A stretch of DNA of 64,000 nucleotides from Myxococcota bacterium. Lineage in GTDB: Bacteria > Myxococcota_A > Polyangia > Nannocystales > Nannocystaceae. The stretch lies in the NCBI GenBank assembly GCA_039194325.1, contig JBCCWC010000006.1, positions 32,001 to 96,000 on the forward strand. The letters run 5' to 3'. The notes under the pieces were generated by a model. It was not told where the DNA came from. It ran no database searches and saw only the letters and a list, made by a program, of their open reading frames with translations. Positions 53,701-63,637 of the stretch are shown here, one piece after another. The position numbers and the translations under genes were made by a program. The first letter of the stretch is position 1; every line of letters starts with the position of its first letter.

Positions 53701-54473
53701 TCGGGTGCCTGGCCCCGCACCTTCTCGGGGGCCGAGAACCCCGGGGTGCCCAGCACCATGATCGGCGCGCCTCCGGGTAGATCGTCGGAGGGCACGGGTT
53801 CGGGCTCGCGAAGCATGCGGGCCAAGCCAAAGTCGATCAGCTTGGCCTGGGGTACACCGCCCCCACTCCCGGCCGAGACGACCAGGACGTTGGAGGGCTT
53901 GATGTCGCCGTGCACCAAACCCAGGGCGTGGAGGTAGTCGAGCGCCCGGGCCAGCTGGACCAAGACCTCCACCACCATCTCGCGGGTGGCCTGGCGCAGA
54001 AAGTCGGTGAGCTCCCGACCGTCGACCAGCTCCTGCGTAAAGTAGAAGCTGTCGTTGCCGTCACATCGCCCAAAGTCGTAGACCGCGGCCAAATTCGGGT
54101 GATGAAGCTGGGTCAGCAGCCGAAATTCGTCCTTGAACGCCTGCGCGACGTTGTCCCCCCCGTGGGTGCTGGGAGGGCCAAAGCTACGGGTCACGTGCCG
54201 CCGCACCACCCGGCTCAGATCGGCAATGGCGTGCGCCGAGCTGTCGTAGGCCTGGGTAAGCCGGGGATCGGTCGCCATGTCGCGGCGGATCAACTTGACG
54301 GCGACCGAGCGCTCCTCGAGCTCGTCGTAGGCCTCATAGACTGCACCAAATCCTCCCTTGCCCAGCAAACCGAGAACCCGATAACGGCCCGCGATCCGGC
54401 TGGGCACGGGACGCGCGGACTCGGAATCGCTGACCGCCTGCGCAGCGTCATCGTTGACTTCCGGTGATGTCAT
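50787..54473 (-). CDS. Ser/Thr kinase-AAA(STAND-like)-TPR protein
   Basis: LGKGGFG, HGDIKPSN, DFG and GTPGFSAPE; P-loop-like APEGMGKG; TGGHPL; HESVRE; helical C-terminus. Confidence 0.9.
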   Translation of the reverse strand: MTSPEVNDDAAQAVSDSESARPVPSRIAGRYRVLGLLGKGGFGAVYEAYDELEERSVAVKLIRRDMATDPRLTQAYDSSAHAIADLSRVVRRHVTRSFGPPSTHGGDNVAQAFKDEFRLLTQLHHPNLAAVYDFGRCDGNDSFYFTQELVDGRELTDFLRQATREMVVEVLVQLARALDYLHALGLVHGDIKPSNVLVVSAGSGGGVPQAKLIDFGLARMLREPEPVPSDDLPGGAPIMVLGTPGFSAPEKVRGQAPDGRSDIYSLAATIYAAARGGQKPFSGKTFKEVLRAQRDWRPELAGSLLQQTGPVVAELVGRMLQPDPNRRPQSARSIVLELLRREASHLRDRQQSARDRREFARMLVEHLPFVDRAHYLELLLDKASDIVGRSTLGSGVGVDHAERSASSTTGEGGEPAADEFDEAAAATTIDDGPVIIGEDPAANSGVHSKTRLIRTVVVKAPEGMGKGRLLSELRREIQLGDGLFVQGSCWGNESSVLGPFASVVTQLATALGDRSLVARRFKGLVRSARSPSVAGAEVAAQQLSEFLLAAAIERPYVLHLSDLSRAQEPVRVAFEQLCRAIDHNDAPILLCATTEPHSKISPILMGLGRDQVAELWSLRPFTGREMYSVLQGILGDTPTLKELAIMLDKLTGGHPLSFRETLRVLIEEGILVREADTWVLRGASAAADELHKTLAQRSESRLDGLGVSGWEIACILYLVEAPLPEEQLASLSDLRAERFKRTLDRLEGEGLITRNAASGASIVAVAHESVREAVRSRYADSLDETRLDLADRIEELETSDPTYVFLRARLLDDASESLESVDALEQAADTLFQAEQPQLAAQVLERLIRRLRRYGRAVALPRLLKAQLRLLNLAAGALEDPRREMSHYQAGILVAELVGDFRAEALFWLGLVDRYTTTAMSDIELALERLEHASEAARMAHDRALELRIDNRRAEVLLGAGEIEKASEWSRQAMAILHVEGASEVDKCHIMGVRLRCLTLSGQLGQARRLHDAAKPIAARVPVVQRQSYLSGIAYLAVLGGDPERAIPETERALEEIRASKMSRLLLTPLHNLGDLRLRNDDLALAEQAFRESIRLASVYGFDYHVHLNRGFLGYVMARRGEVEEGAAMLGEAKDGMMQIQGEHLAVQQLRLLDAEVAHMLGQSARARRELEEMLADFHAANELSLAHWAQEALARIEQDLGTSFIENPDESDATDPEQDTVRTKPVK

Positions 54474-54845
54474 CGGGCTCACGGAGCTCACGAACGGTAT
54501 GGCAGGGCTACGAAATCGCGCAGACTGTAACTACAGGCACGCAAGCGGACAACCGTCATGTCGTCACCCGGGCACGGCATGGAGCTAGTGACGGATTATT
54601 CGGTTTCGGTCATAGAGATTGCTTGGATTTCGATGAAGGTAAGCCATCCGATCGCAGCACGCCGAAGCGACGGCGTTCACAAAGTGTAGGAGATCATGCG
54701 CCCTTTCGCCCTTGAAAAGCGAGCGATGGCCTCGAATGCCAGCCTAGCGCACATAAAGAGGCGATGCGCGGGTCCGAATGGGCCTACGCGGACGTGCGAG
54801 CGGTCAGGGTTTCCGCTCAAATTCCCAAGAGATCGCGTGAACGAT

Positions 54846-55670
54846 TCATCGGCGAGGACCCCAGTCGGGGATCTTACCGTCTCGGATCGCGGTGAAGCCC
54901 GCCCGGCCGATCGCAGCCTCTCCGGTGTCGACGGTGTGCTCGTAGGCCCGGGCCTCGCTGTCGAGACGCACGGCCTCGGGCTGGCCCAGACTGTCGAGGA
55001 GCGCCCGCTTGTAGGCGGCCACTGCCGTGGGCGAGCGCTTGCGGAGGCGCTCGGCGAGGGCCTGCGTGCGGGCCAGCCCCGCGTCCACGTCGTCGACGAC
55101 CTCCTGGACCAGGCCGATCCGTAGCGCCTCGTGAGCATCGATCGTCTCGCCGGTGCAGCCCAGCCGTAGCGCCTGGGCGGGACCGACCTGCCGGGCCAGC
55201 TCGGCGGTCCCGCGGGCACCCGGCACGATGCCCAGGCCGGTCTCCGGGAGCCCGAAGCTGGCGGTGGGCGTGGCCAGGCAGTAGTCGGCGGTAAGCAGGA
55301 ACTCGGTGCCCCAACCCAGGGTGACTCCGTGGCTGAGGGCCACGGTGAACAGGGGCAGCCGCCGGAGCCGGCGCATCAAGGCGCGCTGCCGCAGCACATG
55401 GGCCTTGACGCGCGGGTCATCCCAGCCAGCACGCTCGGTGACGTTGGCGCCGGCGATGAAGATCGGTCGACCCTTCTTCGACACCCTCCGGCTGGTGGTG
55501 AGCAGGCAACCGACCGCCGCGTCCGACTCGAGCAGCGCACACAGGTCGGTGAGCGCTTCGAGCTGCTCGGTCCCCATCTCGTTGGCCTTGCCATGATCGA
55601 GCGAGAGCACCAGCAAGCGACGCTCGGGGTCATGATGAGGGTGGAGCGCGGCGATGGAGGACAGATCCAT
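54846..55670 (-). CDS. Enoyl-CoA hydratase/isomerase family
   Basis: FIAGANV, TLGWGTE, FGLPETGLGIVPGARGT and EALRIGLV. Confidence 0.9.
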   Translation of the reverse strand: MDLSSIAALHPHHDPERRLLVLSLDHGKANEMGTEQLEALTDLCALLESDAAVGCLLTTSRRVSKKGRPIFIAGANVTERAGWDDPRVKAHVLRQRALMRRLRRLPLFTVALSHGVTLGWGTEFLLTADYCLATPTASFGLPETGLGIVPGARGTAELARQVGPAQALRLGCTGETIDAHEALRIGLVQEVVDDVDAGLARTQALAERLRKRSPTAVAAYKRALLDSLGQPEAVRLDSEARAYEHTVDTGEAAIGRAGFTAIRDGKIPDWGPRR

Positions 55671-55711
55671 AGCCGGCGACTCTACTGGGTCGACCGACGA
55701 GGGTCGAGCGC

Positions 55712-56299
55712 TCAGGGCGGGAGGCGGTCGAGATCTTCGGGGCGATCGAGGTTGTCGAGCACGGCGGGGTCCTCCACGGCCAGCGACCGACGACGAGCGG
55801 CCACCTCGGGTCGCGCCAGCAAGGTGCGGGGCGTTTGTGGCGGGGCGAGCTCGACCAGCGCGGGCACCAGGTCGGCCGGGTAGATGATGGGATGACCACG
55901 ACGGTCGTGGTGGCGCGGCTGCCAGATCGCGCGGGGTTCGTCGCGTACGGCGGCGACCAGCTCCCGCAGGGTCGACTCGCGCACGTGGGGGCGATCGACG
56001 GTGAGCACCAGCACTCCGGCCTCGGTGCACCCGGTGTCGAGCAGGGCCCGCAGTCCCATCTGTAGGCTCCCCAGCGGGCCCTCGGCCCACGCCTCGTTGT
56101 GCACGCGCCGGGCCCCTCCGAGCGCGACCTCGGGCAGGGGCACGGCGCCCTCGACCACGACCACCGGGCTCGCCCCCGCCGCGTGCGCTTGCTCGACGGC
56201 ATGGCGCACGAAGGGCCGACCCCGCCACCGCAGCAGCGCTTTGGGTCGGCCCATCCGGGTGGAGGCCCCGGCGGCGAGCACCACCGCGGCCAGCGTCAT
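55712..56299 (-). CDS. MobA/MocA-like nucleotidyltransferase
   Basis: VLAAGASTRMGRPKALL, VDRP, RGHP and DNLDRPEDL. Confidence 0.9.
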   Translation of the reverse strand: MTLAAVVLAAGASTRMGRPKALLRWRGRPFVRHAVEQAHAAGASPVVVVEGAVPLPEVALGGARRVHNEAWAEGPLGSLQMGLRALLDTGCTEAGVLVLTVDRPHVRESTLRELVAAVRDEPRAIWQPRHHDRRGHPIIYPADLVPALVELAPPQTPRTLLARPEVAARRRSLAVEDPAVLDNLDRPEDLDRLPP

Positions 56300-56301
56300 C
56301 G

Positions 56302-58143
56302 CTACTTCTTCTTGCTGGACTTGTTGCCGCCAGCCTTGGGCTTGGCCGCGGCTTGGGCGGCCTGGGGATCGTTGATGAACTCGCTGACCGCCTGCACCTT
56401 CTCCACGGAGGCCCGGGGTGCGAAGAGGCTGGTCTGCGGGATCACCATGCCCATGGCGGCCTGATCGGGCTCGACCTTGATGCCCGCCCCCGGCCAGCCG
56501 AACGAGTCGACCTTGCTCAGCGCGTAGATCTGTCGGCCGGCCTCCTTGGCGACCGCCTTGTCGTCGCTCTGGTCACGAGCGAGCATCAAGCGAACGCGGA
56601 AGTAACTGAGGGGATCGCCGGCCACGCAGATCTGGCAGCCACCCATGGCCTTGCGTACCCCCTCGAGCCCGGCGTTGGTGGCCAGGCTCTTGCTGCGGGA
56701 CTTGCCGAGGTTCTTGGCCACGTCGGTGACCAACCCTCGCGCTCCGGCCCCGATCGCCATGATGGCGGTGCCCTGGTCCACGTGTGAGATCGCCTCGAGG
56801 CTGTTCTTGCGCAGGAACATCTGGGCCATGCGTACGTCGGCCTGGAAGCCCTTGGGGATCTTCACGGTCAGGCGATCGGCCTTGCCCCCGGCGACCTTCA
56901 TGCCGTTGAGCTCGAGCTTGGCCGAGAACGCGCCGTCCTTGTTCTTGCCGGCCATGGTGGCCTGGGTCTCGATGCCCTCGTTGAGCACCTCGTGAACGCC
57001 CTGGAGGGCGGCTTTGGCCTTGGCTTCGTCCTTCACGTCGGCCGCGAGCACGATGGTGGCCTGGCCCTTCTTGTCCAGGTAGAGGGCGATCACCACGTCG
57101 GTGGCGATCTGATCGAGGAGCGAGTGCGCGCTGGCGACGGCTTTTTCCACCATGCCCTTGACCGGGTCGGGCACGTCGGCGATCGGCAGCGAGCCGAGCA
57201 TGGTGTGAAGCAGCGCCGGATCGCCCCACGACAGCGTCGCGGCGAACACCGGATCGGCTGGCAGCCGTGACTCGAGCGCAGTGGCCGAGGTCCGCGGGGT
57301 GCCTATAGGGCCCAGGCCCAGCTTGCTGAAGGGCGCGATCGCACCGACGGTGGTGTAGAAGTCGCGGGTGGTCCCCGCGTCGATCTCGAAGGTCACCGCC
57401 TCGAGCTGACGCAGGACCTCCGCGAGATCCTGGACCAGCTTGCTGTCGGAGGGCAGATCTTCGAGCACCGCCGCGGGGTCGATGTCGTCGACAGGAATGT
57501 TGGTGGCCTTCAGGCGGATCCGAGACGAAGACGAGGCCTCGCCGCGCAGCTTGCCGGCGGAATCGACGTCGTCGACGGAGAACCCGACCAGCAACTCCTT
57601 GCCCTGCTCGCGCATCAGCACGCGCACGGTGTCGACGGCCAGCTCCCACATACCCTCGCCCAGGGGCGAGGGGCGCTGGCTCTGCGGCATGTTGTCGATG
57701 AGCTTGCGGGCGTCGAACACGGCCATGCTCGCCGAGAGGCTGGTGTCTTCGGCGCGACCGCCATCGGCGGGGGTGGCCATCGAGAACGCATGGAGCCCGT
57801 CGAGATCGATGTTGGTGAGGAACCCGGGGCCAAAGCCCATGCCCAGCAGGTTGGCCTGGAGCTCGGCCTTGGGATCGAACGCGTCGTCCGGCATATAGCT
57901 GTCGCCGAATTTCTTGAACGCGACCATGATGTCTTCGAGGCCCTGCAGGCTGCCCGTCAGGACGAGTCGCTCGGCCGCAGGCTCGGGCTCGGTCACGCGA
58001 TCCGGGGCGTCGTCGACCGCAACGGGGGGAGCGGGCGTGACCGGAGGCTGGGTCGGTTCGGTGTTCTTCTTCTTGCCGCAGCTGGCCAGGGCCAGTGGAG
58101 CGGCCAGGGAAGCCGCGAGCAGCACGCGTCGGCACGTGGACAT
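56302..58143 (-). CDS. Hypothetical lipoprotein (about 613 aa)
   Basis: Lipobox LASC followed by GKKK; strong codon bias. Confidence 0.75.
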   Translation of the reverse strand: MSTCRRVLLAASLAAPLALASCGKKKNTEPTQPPVTPAPPVAVDDAPDRVTEPEPAAERLVLTGSLQGLEDIMVAFKKFGDSYMPDDAFDPKAELQANLLGMGFGPGFLTNIDLDGLHAFSMATPADGGRAEDTSLSASMAVFDARKLIDNMPQSQRPSPLGEGMWELAVDTVRVLMREQGKELLVGFSVDDVDSAGKLRGEASSSSRIRLKATNIPVDDIDPAAVLEDLPSDSKLVQDLAEVLRQLEAVTFEIDAGTTRDFYTTVGAIAPFSKLGLGPIGTPRTSATALESRLPADPVFAATLSWGDPALLHTMLGSLPIADVPDPVKGMVEKAVASAHSLLDQIATDVVIALYLDKKGQATIVLAADVKDEAKAKAALQGVHEVLNEGIETQATMAGKNKDGAFSAKLELNGMKVAGGKADRLTVKIPKGFQADVRMAQMFLRKNSLEAISHVDQGTAIMAIGAGARGLVTDVAKNLGKSRSKSLATNAGLEGVRKAMGGCQICVAGDPLSYFRVRLMLARDQSDDKAVAKEAGRQIYALSKVDSFGWPGAGIKVEPDQAAMGMVIPQTSLFAPRASVEKVQAVSEFINDPQAAQAAAKPKAGGNKSSKKK

Positions 58144-58253
58144 GCGCGGGAGGATACACTCTCGTGCCGAGGCGCCCAGCGGCCCGTGGCCGAGCACCTG
58201 TGGGTCGAAAACGCTGTCCGCGCCGCCGCGCCCGGACGACCGCCTGGCCTCTG

Positions 58254-60554
58254 CTAGATCGCTTCGCCCGGGTGCTGGGCCTGCAGCTGCGGGGGCCCCA
58301 GCGCGCGGAGCACCCGGACCAGATCGCGACGGCGAACGGGCTTGCTGATGTAGTCGTCCATCCCTACCGCGAGGCATCGCTCGCGATCGGTCGCCATCGC
58401 GTGAGCGGTCATCGCCACGATCGGCACGTGCGTGGAGTCGTCCTCGCGCCGGCGGATCTCCTTGGTGGCCTCGATGCCGTCCATCATCGGCATCTGGACG
58501 TCCATGAACACCAGATCGTAGGAGCGCGAGCCGACCCGCTCGATCGCGGCGCAGCCATCGTCGGCCATGTCGACGCGACACCCGAGGTTCTCGAGCATGT
58601 GTCGGGCCACCTCCTGGTTGATCATATTGTCTTCCACGACCAGCACGGATGCACCGGAGGCATCGGGCTGACCGGGCCGATCGGAGGCTCCGGCGGCTCC
58701 GGCGGCTCCGGGGTCGCCCGGAGCCTGAGCGATGTCGATCAGGCGGCGACCCGAGCTTCGACTGCTCCACGCCGCCGTGAGCACGCGTATCAGCTCCGAC
58801 TGGTGCACCGGCTTGACCAGGTGCGCGACACACCCGGCCTCCTCGAGCTGGGCCGGGGACACGCGGTGGGTGATCGAGCTCAGCAGGACCGGCACCGTGC
58901 CTCGCAACGCGTCGTTGTCCTTGACCGCCCGGGCTAGCGTGAGACCATCCATTCCGGGAAGGTGGGCGTCGAGGAGCATGGCCTGGGGAGCCCGACTCTG
59001 CGCACGGCGCTCTCGCAGCCGCTCGAGCGCCTGCGGACCCGATGCACAGCCTTCGGCCACCAGGCCCCACTGCCCGAGCTGCTCGCACAGAACCTCGCGG
59101 CTGAGCCGGTTGCCCTCGGCCACGAGGACCTCGAATCCGTCGAGCGCCGGCAGGTCGATCGCCGGCAGGGCGAGCGCCGGTGCCGGGGCGCTGTGTTCGA
59201 CCCCGAGCGGGAGCAAGACCCAGAACGTGGAGCCTTGGGGCTTGGAGCTCTCTAGCCCGACCTTCCCTCCCATCAGGTGCGCCAGCTCGCGGACGATGGC
59301 CAGGCCCAGGCCGGTCCCTTCGTGAATCCGAGACGCGGACATGTCGACCTGGTGGAAGTGCTCGAAGACCAGCGCCTGCTCGTCCGCGTCGATCCCGATT
59401 CCGGTGTCCTCCACCGAGCACTTGAACCACGGCGAGCCCTGCTCATGCGGGCCCTGCTCATGCGGGCCCTGGCCCTGCGGGACGAGCTCGACGGTGATCA
59501 GCACGTGCCCCTGCTGGGTGAACTTCACCGCGTTGCTGGTGAGGTTGAGCAGGATCTGCCGGATCCGCCCGTGATCCCCCACCACGCGGACCGGGGTCCC
59601 GGGAGCGAAGCGCGCGACGAGCTCCAAGCCCTTGGCCCCCGCCGGGACGACGACCTGGTCCAGGACTCCCTCGACCAGCTCGCGCAGATCGAAGGGAGCG
59701 GACTCCAGCACGAGCTGCTTGGCCTCGATCTTGGAGAAGTCCAGGATATCGTTGAGCAGATCGAGCAGGGTCACGCCGGATGCGTGGGCCATCCGAGCGT
59801 ACTCGCGCTCCTTGTCGCCTAGCTCACCGTCTAGCAGCACGCCCAGCATGCCCAGCATGCCGTTCATGGGCGTCCGGATCTCGTGGCTCATGTTGGCCAG
59901 GAATCGGCTCTTGGCCTCGGCGGCGGCCTCGGCCTGCGCGCGGGCGACATTGGCCTCCCGTAGGGCCCGGCCGCGCATCGCATCGAACGCATAGGCGCTC
60001 CCGGTGAGGAGGATCGACGCGGAGGCGGAGATGGAGGTCTGCGCCTGAATGCGGAGGACGTCGCCTTCGGTGTAGTAGGCCAGCACCACGCAGTTCATCA
60101 CGCTGACCGCACACCACAGCCACATGCTGCGGCCGCCGACCGCCAGCATGAGCAACACGGGCAAGATGACCAGCGAGACCGAGGCCTGCCCCAAGACACC
60201 ACCGGTGTCGAGACCGCCCATCAGCAGCGCGATCGAGAACAACCCGCCCATCATGTGGGCGGCCGACCGCGACGATACGCCCAACCGGATCATCACCAGG
60301 AGAGCCAGGGTGATCAGCGCGGACGAAGCGTTCACGCCCACCTGGAAGGCGTTCCTGGTGGCCACGGTGTAAGGCAGGGACAGCAGGATGACCACGAGCG
60401 CCAGCAACAAGATGCTGGTGAAGGTCCGCAGCCGACGCAGCTCGTCCCGATCCCACGCGCGTCGGTGAGGAACGATGATCCGATCGAGCAGCGTGACGAA
60501 TCGCGACGAGGGTCGTCGACGATCTCGTTCGGCCGTGTCAGGCATATCCACCAT
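58254..60554 (-). CDS. Hybrid sensor histidine kinase with two receiver domains
   Basis: TM sensor, [32 protein letters not shown] and GTGLGL; REC domains [11 protein letters not shown] and [11 protein letters not shown]. Start lies between 60545 and 60593. Confidence 0.95.
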   Translation of the reverse strand: MVDMPDTAERDRRRPSSRFVTLLDRIIVPHRRAWDRDELRRLRTFTSILLLALVVILLSLPYTVATRNAFQVGVNASSALITLALLVMIRLGVSSRSAAHMMGGLFSIALLMGGLDTGGVLGQASVSLVILPVLLMLAVGGRSMWLWCAVSVMNCVVLAYYTEGDVLRIQAQTSISASASILLTGSAYAFDAMRGRALREANVARAQAEAAAEAKSRFLANMSHEIRTPMNGMLGMLGVLLDGELGDKEREYARMAHASGVTLLDLLNDILDFSKIEAKQLVLESAPFDLRELVEGVLDQVVVPAGAKGLELVARFAPGTPVRVVGDHGRIRQILLNLTSNAVKFTQQGHVLITVELVPQGQGPHEQGPHEQGSPWFKCSVEDTGIGIDADEQALVFEHFHQVDMSASRIHEGTGLGLAIVRELAHLMGGKVGLESSKPQGSTFWVLLPLGVEHSAPAPALALPAIDLPALDGFEVLVAEGNRLSREVLCEQLGQWGLVAEGCASGPQALERLRERRAQSRAPQAMLLDAHLPGMDGLTLARAVKDNDALRGTVPVLLSSITHRVSPAQLEEAGCVAHLVKPVHQSELIRVLTAAWSSRSSGRRLIDIAQAPGDPGAAGAAGASDRPGQPDASGASVLVVEDNMINQEVARHMLENLGCRVDMADDGCAAIERVGSRSYDLVFMDVQMPMMDGIEATKEIRRREDDSTHVPIVAMTAHAMATDRERCLAVGMDDYISKPVRRRDLVRVLRALGPPQLQAQHPGEAI

Positions 60555-60756
60555 CGAGCCGACCCGTGACCACGCGATCAATCCCGACTCCATCGAAATC
60601 TTTGCACCGAGCGACCACGGCAGCCAATGGCGAAGCTCGTCGGCCGAACCACGTAGTGGATCGGACTACAAGACTCGACGATCGAGACTCCGACGGTCGA
60701 GTTGGACCGCCCTCCCGAAACCCCTCAACTTTCGTGCATCCCTAGGTGCTGCATGC

Positions 60757-60813
60757 GCAAGACCGAGGCCGGGCGCGACGCAGTCGCGCATCCCGAGCCG
60801 GCCTCGGCATAGA
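60757..60813. repeat. Second copy of the REP-like hairpin element
   Basis: 56/57 identical to 32881-32937; lies just past the 3' end of the TerB gene. Confidence 0.9.
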
Positions 60814-60817
60814 TAAT

Positions 60818-61231
60818 TCAGCCCTTTTCAAGGGCGCGGGCCAGGGCCATCGGGCTCACCAGCGCGCGGAACTCTTCGGGTGAAATTTCCAGGCCACGGG
60901 CGATCTCCAAGACGAGCCGTTCTTCTGCCCGGGGCACTTCACCGTCGGCGGTCGCGATGATGTATGCGGCGCGCACCACCGCCCGGCGCCCTTCCACGTC
61001 GAGCTCGTGGCGAGCCTGGGCCAGCAGCTCCGATAGAGGCACCGCCCGGGCCTGGACCTCGGCTACGTCGGCCTGGACCTGGTCTTCGGTGGGGGTCTGG
61101 CCGGTCAGGCGCCCCACGTTCCAGCGCAAGCGGTCGACCTCGGCCTGGTGCAGCTCACCGTCGACCATGGCCACCCGGACCATGACCCGCCTCGCCATCG
61201 TCTCGAGCGCTTGCTTGCCCACCGGCGGCAA
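60818..61231 (-). CDS. TerB-family protein
   Basis: VAMVDGELHQAE and IATADGEVPRAEERLVLEIARGLEI. Confidence 0.85.
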   Translation of the reverse strand: MPPVGKQALETMARRVMVRVAMVDGELHQAEVDRLRWNVGRLTGQTPTEDQVQADVAEVQARAVPLSELLAQARHELDVEGRRAVVRAAYIIATADGEVPRAEERLVLEIARGLEISPEEFRALVSPMALARALEKG

Positions 61232-61280
61232 TCATACCCCGCAGGCGAGAAGAACGGGGCTGGCCGAACCGGAGCGCTCG

Positions 61281-61383
61281 GCTCGACGGCGGCGACCAAG
61301 CCCGCCGCGCGGGAGTGCTCAGCTCGACGGCAGCGACCAGGCCCGCCGCGCGGGAGTGCTTAGCTCGATGGCGGCGACCAAGC
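61281..61383. repeat. 41-bp tandem duplication (2.5 copies) spanning the MBL gene stop codon
   Basis: gctcgacggcggcgaccaagcccgccgcgcgggagtgctca at 61281, variant at 61322, partial copy at 61363. Confidence 0.85.
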
Positions 61384-62061
61384 GGGCGGCGTGGGCAGCT
61401 CGGTGTTCGGCGTCTTGCCCTTCATGCGGTGCCCGACGAAGTCGTCGACGGTACCCAGCTTCAAGTAGGGGTTGTCGCGCAGCTGCTCGTCGAGGGTCGA
61501 GGTGGGAGTGTCGCCGTAGTCGTGCCCGGGGTACATGGTGGTGTTGCCGGGCAGCTTGCTCGTAAGCGTGCGCAGGGTTTGGAACATCGTCGGCGGATCG
61601 CCCCCCACGAAGTCGCAGCGCCCGCATCCGTTGACGAACAGGGTGTCGCCGGTGACGATGGCGTCACGCACCCGGTAGCTGGTGGAGCCGGGCGTGTGCC
61701 CGGGGGTGTGCATCATCGTCACCTCGACGTGCTCGCCGATCCGTACCACGTCGCCGGCCGAGGAGGGCCGGAGGTTCTCGCACGAGAACCCCGAGAAGTC
61801 GATCTCCTCGCGTAGCATGTGGACCGGTACGTCGACGGTGCCCAGCATAGCCTGCACTTGGTCGACGTGGTCGAAGTGGCTGTGGGTGCACAGGATCGCG
61901 GTGATCCGTACGTCGAGGCGCTCGGCCTCGCGCAGGATCGTGGCCGCATCCCAAGCCGGGTCAACGACCGCACACGTGCGGGAGGCTCGATCCCCGATGA
62001 AGGTGATGAAGTTGTCCCAGGGACCTAGCGCCAGCTGGTGTACGAATAGTCCTTCGCTCAT
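61360..62061 (-). CDS. MBL-fold metallo-hydrolase (glyoxalase II-like)
   Basis: THSHFDH, TPGHTPG, TGDTLFVNGCGR and YPGHDY. Confidence 0.92.
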   Translation of the reverse strand: MSEGLFVHQLALGPWDNFITFIGDRASRTCAVVDPAWDAATILREAERLDVRITAILCTHSHFDHVDQVQAMLGTVDVPVHMLREEIDFSGFSCENLRPSSAGDVVRIGEHVEVTMMHTPGHTPGSTSYRVRDAIVTGDTLFVNGCGRCDFVGGDPPTMFQTLRTLTSKLPGNTTMYPGHDYGDTPTSTLDEQLRDNPYLKLGTVDDFVGHRMKGKTPNTELPTPPAWSPPSS

Positions 62062-62073
62062 CGTGCCCGTCCC

Positions 62074-63528
62074 CTATGCCCGACTGGATGCCCGACTGGA
62101 TGCCCGACTGGATGCCCGGTCTGGTCGTGGATGCGTCGGGCCACGCCGACGCCGACCGCGGCCCAGCCCGAGCACCATCAGCCATAGCGCAACCGCGCCG
62201 AAGCCACCAGATGACTGGGTACATCCGCAGCCAGCCGCCTCATCGTCGTCATTCGCCCCCGGACCAACGCTTCCGCTGGTACCCAGCCCCGAGCCCGTGC
62301 TGCCCTCGCCCGGCGAGGTTGTGCCCCCGCTGTCGTCGAGTCCCTCGCCCTCGACCGGCCGACACTCACCCGCCAGGCACTGCTCACCCTCGGGGCACGG
62401 CGAGTCCTCATCGACCATGCCGTCGCAATCGTCGTCGAAGAAATTGCACTCTTCTTGGCGAGGCTCCCCCGGCGTGCAGCCGGCGGGCTCGCAGTTGACC
62501 GACTCACGTCGGCACCAGCCCTCGCCGCACTGGGGCCGCACCCGCTCGTCCACGTCGACGTCGCAATCGTCGTCGTAGCCGTTGCAGACCTCCTCGGCCC
62601 CCGGGTAGATGTTGGGATCCTCGGGGCGACAATCACCGGGCTCGGCCGCGTAACCCGAGATCCCCACGCAGCCCACCATCATGTCGCCGCTGTTGAATTC
62701 GTCGAACCCGTAGAACCCGTCGCCGTCCCCGTCGGGGTAGAGCTCGACCGGAATTGCGTCTTCGTCGACCTCGTTGTCGCAATCGTCGTCGATCTGGTTG
62801 CAGAACTCCGGCGCCCCCGGGTAGGTGTCGGCCCGGTTGTCGTCACAGTCGTCGGGCTCGGCCGCGTAGCCCATGGGCGGCGTGCCCTGGCAGTGCACCA
62901 GCGGCATGGACGTACGCCCGTAGCCGTCACCGTCGAAGTCACGCCAGAAGGTCTGCGCGTTGCAGCCGAAGACGAAGTCGAACGCGCCCTCGTCGAAATC
63001 GTCACCCGACGTGCTGTTGTTGCCGTTGGCCGCCACGGCCCATAGCCCAAAGCGCACCGCGCCAGGGGAGCCGGGGGCCGTCCAGTCGAACGCGAATTGG
63101 GCCTGCCCACCATTCATGGACTTGGGCTGCGTGTGGGTGAGACCCGCCGGCACCTCGGCCAGGCCCTGACCTCCGAGGGTGGTGAACTGCCCCGCGTTGG
63201 ACTCGAGGAACAGACCCGCCTCGGCCGCGCCCGGGGCCCCGACCGAGACGGTCACTCTCACCGTCTGCCCCGGCGAGATCATGGCGGGCGTGGTGGTGAT
63301 CGACAGGTTCACGTCACCCGAGCCGTGACAGCCGCACCCATCGCTGGCCACCCCCCCGGAGTGCGCCGAAGCGGGCGTCGCCGCGGTCAGCACCGCGAGC
63401 GCCGAAGCCCAACCCAACGCCCGGCCCAAAGCCGAGGTCGGAGCCGAGGCCGGAGCCGAGCCCCAAGGCGAAACCCAACTCGAGACCCAACTCGAAACCA
63501 ATGACCTGTGACGAATGTGACGACGCAT
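62074..63528 (-). CDS. Secreted reeler-like + putative metal-binding (MopE-like) repeat protein with MYXO-CTERM
   Basis: Signal ending ASA-H, GCGCH, FDWTAP, DxDGDGY/DCDD...PGA.E.CN..DDDC repeats and AGCGC-TM-RRRR tail. Confidence 0.85.
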   Translation of the reverse strand: MRRHIRHRSLVSSWVSSWVSPWGSAPASAPTSALGRALGWASALAVLTAATPASAHSGGVASDGCGCHGSGDVNLSITTTPAMISPGQTVRVTVSVGAPGAAEAGLFLESNAGQFTTLGGQGLAEVPAGLTHTQPKSMNGGQAQFAFDWTAPGSPGAVRFGLWAVAANGNNSTSGDDFDEGAFDFVFGCNAQTFWRDFDGDGYGRTSMPLVHCQGTPPMGYAAEPDDCDDNRADTYPGAPEFCNQIDDDCDNEVDEDAIPVELYPDGDGDGFYGFDEFNSGDMMVGCVGISGYAAEPGDCRPEDPNIYPGAEEVCNGYDDDCDVDVDERVRPQCGEGWCRRESVNCEPAGCTPGEPRQEECNFFDDDCDGMVDEDSPCPEGEQCLAGECRPVEGEGLDDSGGTTSPGEGSTGSGLGTSGSVGPGANDDDEAAGCGCTQSSGGFGAVALWLMVLGLGRGRRRRGPTHPRPDRASSRASSRASSRA

Positions 63529-63637
63529 GCGACCCCCGAAGACGCACCTGCTTCATAGCAGATCCCCGGGTGCGACTGCGACGCACGAGCGCCGGAGTGT
63601 TGCCGCGGTCACCCGCCGTACATCGACAACGTTGGGT

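Noticed and set aside
54696..55124. ORF with a good aggag RBS on the + strand
   Set aside because: About two-thirds of it is antisense to the enoyl-CoA hydratase, with atypical codon usage and no motif.
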